A stretch of 64,000 bases of DNA from positions 39,919 through 103,918 of the forward strand of contig CAJXWZ010000003.1 in NCBI GenBank assembly GCA_913062815.1. Direction: 5' to 3'. Below are positions 41,062 through 51,056 of the stretch, piece by piece (position 1 is the first letter of the stretch; each line of letters begins with the position of its first letter). The notes below the pieces were generated by a model. The model saw only the letters and a program-made list of their open reading frames with translations. It did no database searches and was not told the DNA's origin. The DNA is from an uncultured Colwellia sp. Lineage in GTDB: Bacteria > Pseudomonadota > Gammaproteobacteria > Enterobacterales > Alteromonadaceae. Made by a program: the position numbers and the translations under genes.

Positions 41062-41402
41062 TGGCGCAAAAAACTTCCTATAGTGCGTAACATACTAAAA
41101 TAGCAACGCGAAAGTTTAACAGTATATTTCGAGCCAAACAACTTCAATATTATGCTATTACCATCGCTTATTAATGTTTAGAAACACGAGTTATAAAATT
41201 AATTTTGTGGGTTTTCAGGAAAGATTTCACTACATAAATCAAATAAGCATCCACGCTGAAGTGTAGTCAAGCTTGCCTTTATCATCTAGCACAGGTATAA
41301 CTCCTCATTGTATATACTTTATGCCGCTGATATTTAGCGCTGATAGTGTGAAACAACGCAATAATTACGACTCAATATAATAATGAAAATTAGGAAAATT
41401 TT

Positions 41403-42929
41403 ATGACTCAACCTAATGCAGGTACTTTTTTTGGCCAACCCGAAGGTCTAAAAACCTTATTTTTTACCGAAATGTGGGAGCGCATGAGCTATTACGGCAT
41501 GCGTATGTTGCTGGTTTTATTTATGACCGCCACATTACAGGAGGGAGGTTTAGGTTTAACTGTTGCATCAGCCGCCGCTATTTACGGTTTATACACAGGT
41601 AGCGTCTATTTTATGGGCTTACCCGGAGGTTGGATTGCAGATAGATTAATTGGCGGCCAAAAAGCTGTTTGGTACGGTGGTTTAATCATCATGATTGGTC
41701 ATATTATTTTAGCTATTCCAAATGACAACACCTTTTTTATTGGTTTAGTTTTCGTTATTTTAGGTACCGGTTTATTAAAGCCTAATATCGGTGCTATGGT
41801 TGGTCAACTATACTCTGATGAAGATAAAAGAAGAGATAGTGGTTATGCCATATATTATATGGGCATCAATATGGGTTCTGTTATAGGTTACACCGTATGT
41901 GGCTATTTAATGGAAGATCAAGAAAATTTCGGCTGGCATTGGGCATTCGGTGCTGCTGCCATTGGCATGGCAATAGGCTTATTCCAATACCGAAGAACAA
42001 TAGACAAACTTAACTCTGCAGGAGCTGAACCTACCTCCCCCCTTTCCTCTAAAGCACAAAAAACAAGCTGGTTAGTGATTACAGGTGTATTAATAGCTAT
42101 TGCGTTCACAATGAGTATGATCATGTCTGGCTCACTAACGGTAGACCCTGTTTCAATTGCTCAATATGTTGCGGTTTGTTTTACGTTAGTGTTCTTTTTA
42201 TACTACGGCTCTATTTATTACGGTGGTGATTTAACTGGCTCTGAGAAAAAGCGCTTATGGGCTTTACTGCTTGTTTGTGTTGCATCTGCATGTTTTTGGT
42301 CAGGCTTTGAACAAGCGGGTTCTTCAATGAATTTATTTGCTCGCGATTACACAGACCGTATAGTAGGAAACTTTGAAGTTCCTACTGGTTGGTTTCAATC
42401 CTTAAACGCTGTATTTATTGTATTGCTTTCACCATTTTTTGCCGCACTGTGGATTAACTTAGGTAAACGTTTAGTTAGCCCTTCTTATGGAATTAAATGT
42501 GCTGTAGGTTTAATTATCATGGCCAGTGGCTTTATTGTTATGTTTTTTGCTGCTCAATATGCTGCTTCGGGTATGAAGGTAGCACCTTATTGGTTAGTAG
42601 CCACTTACTTTTTACATACTGTAGGTGAGTTATGCTTGAGCCCTGTAGCACTTAGTGCGGTAAGTAAGTTGTCACCACGTCGTTTTGCTGGTCAAATGAT
42701 GGGCGTATTTGTATTAACTTATTCAATTGGTAATATTATTTCTGGTTTACTTGCTGGTAACTTTGATCCTAGTCGTGTTGACCAATTACCTAATTTATAC
42801 ATACAAATCAGTTTATTTAGTATCGGCATTGGTATCGTTATTATGCTTATAGCTTTTAGAAGCCGTTTTTGGGAAAACTTAGCTGAAGAAGAAGCTGCTG
42901 AGGTAACTAAAAATACCGCTACTGCATAA
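41403..42929 (+). CDS. Proton-dependent oligopeptide transporter (POT/PTR2, MFS)
   Basis: 508 aa; EMWERMSYYGMR, GTGLLKPN, GELCLSPV. Confidence 0.93.
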   Translation: MTQPNAGTFFGQPEGLKTLFFTEMWERMSYYGMRMLLVLFMTATLQEGGLGLTVASAAAIYGLYTGSVYFMGLPGGWIADRLIGGQKAVWYGGLIIMIGHIILAIPNDNTFFIGLVFVILGTGLLKPNIGAMVGQLYSDEDKRRDSGYAIYYMGINMGSVIGYTVCGYLMEDQENFGWHWAFGAAAIGMAIGLFQYRRTIDKLNSAGAEPTSPLSSKAQKTSWLVITGVLIAIAFTMSMIMSGSLTVDPVSIAQYVAVCFTLVFFLYYGSIYYGGDLTGSEKKRLWALLLVCVASACFWSGFEQAGSSMNLFARDYTDRIVGNFEVPTGWFQSLNAVFIVLLSPFFAALWINLGKRLVSPSYGIKCAVGLIIMASGFIVMFFAAQYAASGMKVAPYWLVATYFLHTVGELCLSPVALSAVSKLSPRRFAGQMMGVFVLTYSIGNIISGLLAGNFDPSRVDQLPNLYIQISLFSIGIGIVIMLIAFRSRFWENLAEEEAAEVTKNTATA

Positions 42930-42946
42930 CTAAATTATTAGACTAA

Positions 42947-42978
42947 TAAGCGATGAGCAACTTTATGCTCATCGCTTA
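42947..42978 (+). terminator. 13-bp hairpin after the POT transporter
   Basis: TAAGCGATGAGCA / TGCTCATCGCTTA with a 6-nt loop; U tract weak. Confidence 0.55.
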
Positions 42979-42995
42979 ATTAAAATTTTTCCTAA

Positions 42996-43643
42996 ATGAA
43001 CAAACAACTCATCAATCGAAAAACACTCCGAATTCAAATCCGCCAAAAGCGTGGCCTATTAACTGACAAGTTTCAAAAAAAGGCTTCTCAACACTTAGTT
43101 AAACAATTAGACAGCCACCCTACACTACTAAACGCTAAAAATGTCGCAATCTATCTTGCTAATGACAGTGAACTTGATCCCGTTAACCTAATAAAGTGGT
43201 GTTGGCAGCATAATATAAAAACCTATTTGCCGGTTATCCATCCTTTTACCAAAGGGCAACTATTATTCTTACATTATTATGAATCAAGCCAATTGCAGCT
43301 AAACCGATATGACATATTAGAGCCCGTATTAAACGTTAGTGACGTTATCCCTACACATCAATTGGATATTATTTTTACTCCCTTAGTAGCCTTTACCAAA
43401 ACAGGAGAACGATTAGGCATGGGCGGCGGCTATTATGATAGAACGTTAGCTGCTTGGTTCGAAAAAATAAAAGGTGATAGATACAATCCACCTAAGAAAA
43501 CAGTGTTAACTAAACCCTACCCTATTGGTTTAGCTCACGACTGCCAACTAGTGAATAAAATACCTACTGAACAGTGGGATATTCCCCTACCTGAAATAGT
43601 AACCCCTACCAAGCATTATCAGTTTAAGTTAAGTGAAAATTAA
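42996..43643 (+). CDS. ygfA: 5-formyltetrahydrofolate cyclo-ligase
   Basis: 215 aa; RLGMGGGYYDRTL, GLAHDCQ, WDIPL. Confidence 0.93.
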   Translation: MNKQLINRKTLRIQIRQKRGLLTDKFQKKASQHLVKQLDSHPTLLNAKNVAIYLANDSELDPVNLIKWCWQHNIKTYLPVIHPFTKGQLLFLHYYESSQLQLNRYDILEPVLNVSDVIPTHQLDIIFTPLVAFTKTGERLGMGGGYYDRTLAAWFEKIKGDRYNPPKKTVLTKPYPIGLAHDCQLVNKIPTEQWDIPLPEIVTPTKHYQFKLSEN

Positions 43644-43755
43644 TTAAATAAAACTAGTTGAGACTAACTTAACACTTGATAGCTTTTTTTAACGCTACTG
43701 CTATAATCTGCGGCATTATTCAGCAAGTAGCAAAATTCCCTTAAAAGGTACCGTT

Positions 43756-44415
43756 ATGACTCAAGACGAGATGAAAAAAGCAGCAGCAGTTAAAGCCTTA
43801 GAATATATTGAAAATGATACCATTGTTGGCGTAGGCACAGGTTCAACAGTTAACTATTTTATTGATGCTTTAGCTACTATGAAAAACAAAATTACCGGCG
43901 CTGTTTCAAGTTCAGAAGAATCTAGCAAACGTTTAATCGCACATGGTATTGAGGTGTTTGATCTTAATAGTATAGATGTTCTCGATGTTTATGTTGATGG
44001 CGCCGATGAAATCACTAAGCACATGAGTATGATAAAAGGTGGTGGCGCAGCGTTAACAAGAGAAAAAATAGTTGCCGCTGTGGCAAAGAAGTTTATCTGT
44101 ATCGCTGATGATTCAAAACGAGTTGATGTATTAGGTGATTTTCCATTACCTGTAGAAGTTATTCCTATGGCAAGAAGTTATGTTGCCCGTGAATTAGTAA
44201 AATTAGGTGGCGATCCGGTATATCGTCAAGGCGTGATTACAGACAACGGTAATGTAATTCTTGATGTATATAACTTATCAATTATAGATCCAATACAACT
44301 AGAGGTTAATATTAATGCCATTGTTGGTGTGGTTACCAATGGCTTATTTGCTAACCGAGGCGCTGATATTCTTGTACTGGGCACTGAAGCAAATGTTCAA
44401 GTTATAGAAAATTAA
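43756..44415 (+). CDS. rpiA: Ribose-5-phosphate isomerase A
   Basis: [24 protein letters not shown]. Confidence 0.97.
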   Translation: MTQDEMKKAAAVKALEYIENDTIVGVGTGSTVNYFIDALATMKNKITGAVSSSEESSKRLIAHGIEVFDLNSIDVLDVYVDGADEITKHMSMIKGGGAALTREKIVAAVAKKFICIADDSKRVDVLGDFPLPVEVIPMARSYVARELVKLGGDPVYRQGVITDNGNVILDVYNLSIIDPIQLEVNINAIVGVVTNGLFANRGADILVLGTEANVQVIEN

Positions 44416-44620
44416 TTGTCAGCAAAATACTCGTGGTTTTCTAAAAGTAGAATAATTATGCTCGATTAAATTAATTAGTCTAAATAAGTGCTTTAGAGTT
44501 TATACCCTATATGTTATCTTGGCGAAGTTATAGATATCTAGCCATCTAAACGAAAACTTAAGCTGACTTATATTTAGCTGAAAATATTAAGCATTAACTT
44601 AACAAGCGAATACATACCTT

Positions 44621-45856
44621 ATGACAACGAACAAAATTTCATTAGCGAAAGATAAAATTAAAATTTTACTACTTGAAGGTGTCCACCAAAGTGCACTTGA
44701 TGAGCTTAGTGCAAAAGGTTACTCAAATATTGAGTATATTAAAACATCACTGTCAAATGATGATTTAATTGCAAAAATAAAGGATGCTCATTTTATTGGT
44801 ATTCGCTCTCGTACACAATTAACAGACGAAGTACTCAGTCACGCTAAAAAGTTAGTTGCTATCGGTTGTTTTTGCATTGGTACAAACCAAGTTGACATTG
44901 TTGCTGCACAAAAACTGGGTGTACCGGTATTTAATGCGCCATTTTCAAATACTCGTTCTGTGGCGGAATTGGTTTTAGGCGAAGCCTTGTTATTGTTACG
45001 TGGTATACCTGAAAAAAGTGCGAAAGCCCATCGTGGTGAATGGTTTAAGTCTGCCGTTGGCTCTGTTGAAGCACGTGGTAAAACCCTCGGCATTATCGGT
45101 TATGGTCATATTGGTACTCAATTAGGTATTCTAGCTGAGACGTTAGGCATGCGTGTTCGTTTTTACGATATAGAGACCAAGCTCCCTCTAGGAAATGCTA
45201 GCCAAGCTTCATCTCTAAAGTCATTACTTGCTGAGGCAGACGTTGTCAGTTTACATGTTCCAGAAACTAAGCAAACTCAAGATATGATTGGTGAAACTGA
45301 ATTTGAGGCAATGAAGTCAGGCGCAATATTTATTAATGCTTCACGTGGCACGGTTGTAGATATTCCAGCATTAGCTCAAGCACTTGCTGAGAAAAAAGTA
45401 GCCGGCGCAGCAATTGATGTATTCCCTGTTGAGCCTAAAGGTAATGACGATGAATTTGTATCACCATTACGGGGTTTTGATAATGTAATTTTGACACCTC
45501 ATATTGGTGGTAGTACTAAAGAAGCACAGGAAAATATTGGATTAGAGGTCGCAAGTAAACTGGCTAAGTATTCTGATAATGGCTCAAGCTTATCTGCCGT
45601 GAACTTCCCTGAAGTATCACTACCTGAGCATGTGAATACTAGTCGTTTACTGCATATCCATCATAATCAACCCGGTGTTTTAACTAAAATTAACCAAGCG
45701 TTTGCTGACAATAGCATCAACATTGCTGCGCAATATCTACAAACCGATGATAAAATAGGTTACGTGGTCATTGATATTGAATCATCAAATAGCAAACAAG
45801 CATTAAAAGCATTGAAAGCGATTGAAGGTACAATTCGCGCAAGAATTTTACACTAG
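44621..45856 (+). CDS. serA: D-3-phosphoglycerate dehydrogenase
   Basis: 411 aa; CFCIGTNQ, GYGHIG, TPHIGGST, C-terminal ACT domain. Confidence 0.97.
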   Translation: MTTNKISLAKDKIKILLLEGVHQSALDELSAKGYSNIEYIKTSLSNDDLIAKIKDAHFIGIRSRTQLTDEVLSHAKKLVAIGCFCIGTNQVDIVAAQKLGVPVFNAPFSNTRSVAELVLGEALLLLRGIPEKSAKAHRGEWFKSAVGSVEARGKTLGIIGYGHIGTQLGILAETLGMRVRFYDIETKLPLGNASQASSLKSLLAEADVVSLHVPETKQTQDMIGETEFEAMKSGAIFINASRGTVVDIPALAQALAEKKVAGAAIDVFPVEPKGNDDEFVSPLRGFDNVILTPHIGGSTKEAQENIGLEVASKLAKYSDNGSSLSAVNFPEVSLPEHVNTSRLLHIHHNQPGVLTKINQAFADNSINIAAQYLQTDDKIGYVVIDIESSNSKQALKALKAIEGTIRARILH

Positions 45857-45876
45857 CGAGTTAACGTTTCTGCCAT

Positions 45877-45905
45877 AAAAAAAGAGAGCTAAGCTCTCTT
45901 TTTTT
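45877..45905. terminator. Bidirectional intrinsic terminator between serA and maiA
   Basis: A7-GAGAGC-TAA-GCTCTC-T7. Confidence 0.88.
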
Positions 45906-45930
45906 ATGTTTATAGCAAAATCAATATTAT

Positions 45931-46581
45931 TTACATTACTGCATCTGTTTGATTTTCAGGTAGAGCTAATTGAAACGCTTCCAGCTTGTTACAATTGTCC
46001 ACAACCCTTTTTATATAAGGGAAGGCGCTCATATCAACGTTGAACCTATCAGCATTATATACTTGTGCCACCAAACATATATCAGCGATTGATATTTGAT
46101 CTTTAAAACAATAACAACCAGCTGTTTGCACTAATTGCTTTTCAATAGCACTGAAGCCAATACTCATCCAATGATCAATCCATGCAGACTTTGCTTCAGT
46201 GGACAAACTTAGATCATTACCTAAGTATTGTTGTACACGTAAATTATTTAGGGGATGAATTTCACACGCAATATCGAGTGCAAGTGCCTGAACTTTCGCT
46301 CGGGCTTTTACCTCATCAGGGTATAAAGATAACCCCGGCTTAGCTACTTCTAAATAATCAATAATTGCCAACGATTGATTTAATGAAAAGTCACCGTCGA
46401 CCAGCGTAGGTACTAAATGATTAGGGTTAAGCGCAACATAATCATCATGATGTTGTTCGCCACCATTTTTCACTAAGTGTACTGAAACAGTGTCAAAATC
46501 TATGCCTTTTAAATGCAAAGCAATACGCACACGATATGCTGCTGTTGAACGCCAATATCCATATAGTTTCATTATACTCAT
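45931..46581 (-). CDS. maiA: Maleylacetoacetate isomerase (GST zeta)
   Basis: YWRSTAAYRVRIAL, ACEIHPLNNLRV; GAGG SD before the ATG. Confidence 0.93.
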   Translation of the reverse strand: MSIMKLYGYWRSTAAYRVRIALHLKGIDFDTVSVHLVKNGGEQHHDDYVALNPNHLVPTLVDGDFSLNQSLAIIDYLEVAKPGLSLYPDEVKARAKVQALALDIACEIHPLNNLRVQQYLGNDLSLSTEAKSAWIDHWMSIGFSAIEKQLVQTAGCYCFKDQISIADICLVAQVYNADRFNVDMSAFPYIKRVVDNCNKLEAFQLALPENQTDAVM

Positions 46582-46661
46582 GTTACCTCGAAATATTTAT
46601 TTCAGCGAGAGTCAAAGCCTTAACGGCAAGGCATTGATTGAAGACAATCGTTGTTCCCTAA

Positions 46662-47648
46662 CTAGCTTTTGTATTCAGTTACCATTTGCTCAATAGCGCC
46701 AAAAATACTCTCGCCATTTTCATCAAACATTTCAATACGAACATTATCACCAAATTTCATGAATTCAGTACTAGGCTTGCCATCAGCAATAATTTCTAAC
46801 ATACGCTTCTCTGCTAAACAGCTTGAGCCTGCAGAGCGATCATAGTTAGAAATCGTTCCTGAGCCAACAATACAACCTGCAGACAATGGGCGAGTTTTCG
46901 CCGCATGAGCAACTATCGTGGGGAAATCGAACGTCATATCGACACCACAGCTTGGCTGACCGAATAATTCACCATTCAAGTGAGTCGTTAAAGGTAGGTG
47001 TAATTTGGCGCCATCCCAAGCAGCTCCGAGTTCATCAGGCGTAATAGCTACTGGAGAGAATGCACTTGAGGGTTTTGAACCGAAAAAACCAAAACCTTTG
47101 GCTAGTTCACCAGGAATTAAATTACGTAAAGAAACATCATTTACTAACATTATTAATTTAATATGTTTTGATGTTTGCTCTGCTGATGCTCCCATAGGTA
47201 CGTCATCAGTAATCACAGCAACTTCTGATTCAAAATCAATACCGTAACTTTCAGAAGCAACTTTAATGTCATCGTACGGACCAATAAAAGCGTCTGAGCC
47301 GCCTTGGTACATCAACGGATCTGTCCAAAATGTTTCTGGCATTTCAGCGTTTCTAGCTTTACGAACTAATTCTACATGATTTACATAGGCGCTACCGTCT
47401 GCCCATTGGAATGCTCTCGGTAGTGGTGATTCACATTGTGCTTGCTCAAAGTCAATAGCATCAGCAATATCGCCATTGTTTAAGGCTTGATAAACGCTAT
47501 CTAATTTGGGTGAGATGTCTTGCCAGTCATCTAATGCACTTTGTAGAGTTTTGGCAATATCAGCGACAATTACCGCTTTATTAAGGCTGCGGCTCACAAC
47601 AACTAATTGCCCATCACGGGTATTATTTTTAAGAGTAGCTAATTTCAT
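46662..47648 (-). CDS. Fumarylacetoacetate hydrolase family protein
   Basis: Start MKLATLK at 47648 (track 47726); WADGSAY, DFESEVAV, NDVSLRNL, GSGTISN. Confidence 0.9.
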   Translation of the reverse strand: MKLATLKNNTRDGQLVVVSRSLNKAVIVADIAKTLQSALDDWQDISPKLDSVYQALNNGDIADAIDFEQAQCESPLPRAFQWADGSAYVNHVELVRKARNAEMPETFWTDPLMYQGGSDAFIGPYDDIKVASESYGIDFESEVAVITDDVPMGASAEQTSKHIKLIMLVNDVSLRNLIPGELAKGFGFFGSKPSSAFSPVAITPDELGAAWDGAKLHLPLTTHLNGELFGQPSCGVDMTFDFPTIVAHAAKTRPLSAGCIVGSGTISNYDRSAGSSCLAEKRMLEIIADGKPSTEFMKFGDNVRIEMFDENGESIFGAIEQMVTEYKS

Positions 47649-47746
47649 GAAAAACCTTTTGTAATAATAACACTTAAATAAAGTACTAATTCTACGAGTT
47701 TTCAAGCAAAAGCCATAACTTGCCATAAAGAGAAAAGGTTGGAGAG

Positions 47747-47764
47747 CGGAAAAAAATCTTTACA
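47747..47764. promoter_or_regulatory. Weak TyrR/PhhR box upstream of the FAH gene
   Basis: CGGAAA-N6-TTTACA versus consensus TGTAAA-N6-TTTACA. Confidence 0.4.
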
Positions 47765-47878
47765 TAGTTTTTTCCACTTTAAGGCACGCAACTAATTTAA
47801 GGGCTGTTGATCTTTCAGGGTTAAATTTTGTGCGAGATAAGTTCAACAGCCCCTAGTTATTTGAGGCAGCTTAATAAG

Positions 47879-49441
47879 CTAAATCTTCACTGTTTTCTTA
47901 TTTATATCATATTCACGTAATTTATTAGCAATAGCGGTATGGCTTAAACCAAGTTTTTTCGCCAATTGTCTTGTACTTGGGTAAGCTGGATATAATTTTC
48001 TTAGTAAGTCAGCTTCAAAGCTTTTGACTGCGGCATCTAGCGTACCTTCAAACTCCTGTTCTAAATAACCATGTTCACGAGTATAGGCGGGTAATTGTAA
48101 GTGACTAACTTCAATTTCTTCACCTTCTAACAATGAAGCCGCTCGAGTTAAAACATTTTCTAATTGTCTGACATTACCAGGCCACGGGTAATGCTCGATA
48201 AACTCACGACATTCTTCGGTAAGTTTTAAGCTGACTCGGCCAATACGTTGGCCGGCAAGTGCGATAAAGTATTCGGTCAAAGGCAAAATATCACTACGTC
48301 GCTCTCTAAGTGGCGGAATATTCAAACCAAAAACGTTTAATCGGTAATAAAGATCTTCCCTAAACTCACCAATAGAAACTAAATTAAGTAAGTCTTTATT
48401 GGTTGAACTGATAATACGAACATTAACAACAATCTCTTGTTCAGAGTTTACTCGTCGAAAACTACCATTTTGAATGACCCGCAACAATTTACTTTGCAAT
48501 TTAGTCGACATTTCGCCAACTTCGTCAAGAAAAACACTACCGCCATCAGCAAGTTCAAAAATACCACGCTTGCTATGCGCATGTTCTTTTTCACCAACAC
48601 CAAACAATTCAGACTCGGCAACATCATCGGGTAAAGCAGCACAATTAAGTGTCATAAAGGGTTGTTCAACTCTTTCACTGGCGGCATGACAAGCTCTGGC
48701 CAAAAGCTCTTTACCAGTGCCTGTTTCGCCAATAATCAAAATTGATGAATCAAGTTGAGACATACGCTTAGCTTCACGAATAACTTTTCTCATACTAGTG
48801 CTACTCGCTTGAATACCAGAAAATGTATTTTCATTGGGTTGTTTAAAGGCACTAATTTGCTGACCTAGTCGCGCTTCAGATTTTAGAATAAGCACTGCCC
48901 CCGCAAGAATTTGATTCTCTTGTTTCACGTCATCTTCACTGGCAACATTAATAGGCATAATGTCAGCAACGAAGTCATCCCCTTGAAACTTCAAACGACG
49001 AGTTTGTGCTAAAACATCTTCACTATCTAACCAACGAGTGAAATTAAAGCCTTTTAACCATTGACTGATATGCTGACCTTTAACACTATCTTCTTTACAG
49101 CCCATAATCGAAGAGGCAATATTATTAACTATTCGGATATTGCCTTTAACATCAAGTGAAATAAACGGGTCGGGGAAGGTTTTGATTAACGTTACCAGTT
49201 CATTGCGTTCACGCTCAGATGGCATGTAGGGAGCCGTTCTTACATCTCCTACTCCTTCTAACAAACGTAGCTGGGGCATAAAAGTTTGTAGATCAGAAAA
49301 TTCAAGATCGGGGATATTAATAAAGATTCTGCCCGGTTGCTTCAGTTCAATACCACGGACATTGATACTATGCTCAACAAAAATTCCTAGTACTTTTTGC
49401 CCCATGCCAACACGGTCATGACAAGTAATTTCCAAGCGCAT
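47879..49441 (-). CDS. tyrR: TyrR/PhhR transcriptional regulator
   Basis: 520 aa; ACT (MRLEITCHDRVG), PAS, AAA+ GETGTGKE with degenerate GAFTGA (ESELFGVGE), HTH STRQLAKKLGLSHTAIANKLREY. Confidence 0.93.
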   Translation of the reverse strand: MRLEITCHDRVGMGQKVLGIFVEHSINVRGIELKQPGRIFINIPDLEFSDLQTFMPQLRLLEGVGDVRTAPYMPSERERNELVTLIKTFPDPFISLDVKGNIRIVNNIASSIMGCKEDSVKGQHISQWLKGFNFTRWLDSEDVLAQTRRLKFQGDDFVADIMPINVASEDDVKQENQILAGAVLILKSEARLGQQISAFKQPNENTFSGIQASSTSMRKVIREAKRMSQLDSSILIIGETGTGKELLARACHAASERVEQPFMTLNCAALPDDVAESELFGVGEKEHAHSKRGIFELADGGSVFLDEVGEMSTKLQSKLLRVIQNGSFRRVNSEQEIVVNVRIISSTNKDLLNLVSIGEFREDLYYRLNVFGLNIPPLRERRSDILPLTEYFIALAGQRIGRVSLKLTEECREFIEHYPWPGNVRQLENVLTRAASLLEGEEIEVSHLQLPAYTREHGYLEQEFEGTLDAAVKSFEADLLRKLYPAYPSTRQLAKKLGLSHTAIANKLREYDINKKTVKI

Positions 49442-49475
49442 ATAAACAGCCCATTAACAGATATCAAAAAGCTAT

Positions 49476-49493
49476 TGTAAACTAATTTTTACA
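49476..49493. promoter_or_regulatory. Perfect TyrR box upstream of tyrR
   Basis: TGTAAA-CTAATT-TTTACA. Confidence 0.85.
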
Positions 49494-49495
49494 AT

Positions 49496-49528
49496 AAAAA
49501 AAACCTTAATAATGAATATCATTAAGGC
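49496..49528 (-). terminator. Intrinsic terminator of phhAB
   Basis: CCTTAAT/ATTAAGG stem followed by U8 on the minus strand. Confidence 0.6.
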
Positions 49529-49580
49529 TTTTTAAAAGATTTTGTTACAAGACATAAACAATTATGTCTTAACATTCAAA

Positions 49581-49919
49581 TTATTGCAGTTGATCTGTTT
49601 TGGCAGCACAAATAAAATCATTTTTATGTAAACCACCAATCGAATGCGTCCACCAAGTTACCGTAACTTTGCCCCATTCAAGTAAAATTGACGGGTGATG
49701 AAATTCAGCCTCGGCTAGCTCACTAACTTGATTGGCAAACGCCCAAGCAAGTTTATAATTTTTAAATTTATACTCACGCTCTAACATCATCACATTATCA
49801 CGTACCTCTGGTACCCAATCTGGGATTTCTCTTAATAACTGCGCTAATTCATCATCGCTAACTTTAGGTGCATCAACGTGGCATGCTTCGCATTGTTGTG
49901 TAGATAACTCATTATTCAT
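49581..49919 (-). CDS. phhB: Pterin-4a-carbinolamine dehydratase
   Basis: [21 protein letters not shown]. Confidence 0.95.
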   Translation of the reverse strand: MNNELSTQQCEACHVDAPKVSDDELAQLLREIPDWVPEVRDNVMMLEREYKFKNYKLAWAFANQVSELAEAEFHHPSILLEWGKVTVTWWTHSIGGLHKNDFICAAKTDQLQ

Positions 49920-49954
49920 GATTAATTCCTTATGTTTTTCTTTTGGTTTTTAAG

Positions 49955-50767
49955 CTAAGCAACTTCTTTAGGTGGAAATTTAGCTTCAAATAAGCCAAGC
50001 ACTTTCGCTTCTTCAATCAAAGCTAAAATATCTTCAACTTCTAATTCTCTAATATTGTCTAAATCACTTACTTTTTTGAGCATAAAATAAACCGGCTGTA
50101 TAATATCAATACGGTATGGCGTTCTTAAAACGTCAATAACCTTCTCTTTACTTAGCTCTCGGCGCTCTACTTTCTTATCATTAAGGGCATACGTTGTTTC
50201 ACTTGGAGATGATAAAATACCTCCACCATAAAGACGTAAACCTTTAGGGGTATCAAGTAAACCAAACTCAACGGTAAACCAATATAAACGAGCTAAGAAC
50301 ACTCTTTGTTCTTTGGTCGCATTCAAACCCATTTTTCCATACGCTTGAGTATAGTTCGCAAAAGAAGGGTTGGTAAGTAATGGACAATGGCCAAATATTT
50401 CATGAAAAATATCAGGCTCTTGTAAATAATCTAGCTCTTCTTCGGTACGAATAAAAGTAGCCACAGGAAACTTCTTTTCTGAAAGCAGTCTAAAAAACTC
50501 ACCAAAGCCTATCAGCGCAGGAACGGGGTAGCACTCCCACCCGGTAGTTTGTTTGAGCACTTGTGAAACTTCACCCAGTTGTGGAATTCTATCCATGGGC
50601 AGTTGCAGCTTTTCTAATCCCTCAATATACTCATCACAAGCTGCCTCCTTAATATGAGTAAGTTGGCGAGTAATGAGCGTTTTCCATATAGTATTTTCTT
50701 GCGCAGACCACTGAATAATCCCCTGCTCATCAGCGTGTCTTGAAACGTATTTTGTACCTTTTGCCAT
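49955..50767 (-). CDS. phhA: Phenylalanine 4-monooxygenase
   Basis: EPDIFHEIFGHCP, YWFTVEFGL, YGGGILSS. Confidence 0.96.
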   Translation of the reverse strand: MAKGTKYVSRHADEQGIIQWSAQENTIWKTLITRQLTHIKEAACDEYIEGLEKLQLPMDRIPQLGEVSQVLKQTTGWECYPVPALIGFGEFFRLLSEKKFPVATFIRTEEELDYLQEPDIFHEIFGHCPLLTNPSFANYTQAYGKMGLNATKEQRVFLARLYWFTVEFGLLDTPKGLRLYGGGILSSPSETTYALNDKKVERRELSKEKVIDVLRTPYRIDIIQPVYFMLKKVSDLDNIRELEVEDILALIEEAKVLGLFEAKFPPKEVA

Positions 50768-50908
50768 GGTTGTAACCTTGTCTTATGTCTGCTATCAATA
50801 TTATTATAGACATTCGGGGCGCCCCCTTTAGTTAGGTTTATCTTAAGGTAAGAAGTTAATATAAGGGAAGCAATGCGAGACGGTCAAAAAACAGACAGGT
50901 GTAATTAT

Positions 50909-50926
50909 CGTAAATTAATAGTTACA
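50909..50926. promoter_or_regulatory. TyrR/PhhR box upstream of phhA
   Basis: CGTAAA-TTAATA-GTTACA (2 mismatches). Confidence 0.6.
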
Positions 50927-51056
50927 TATAAATACAGGGCTAATACCATTGGGATTAATTCAGTGGTCAAAATTGACTGAAAATAAATCGTCAAGTTTGC
51001 GCCATTTCAAGGTGTTCAAAAAATTGGTGCTATTAGTATAATTAATAAGAAGCTGA

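Noticed and set aside
41062-41402. JUMPstart/ops element upstream of the polysaccharide locus
   Set aside because: No GGCGGTAG on the minus strand; the nearest match (GCGATGGTAATAG) is too poor.
50785-50825. GGGGCGCCCC palindrome and small stem in the phhA leader as an attenuator
   Set aside because: No Phe/Tyr-rich leader peptide or terminator geometry; TyrR control already explains the regulation.
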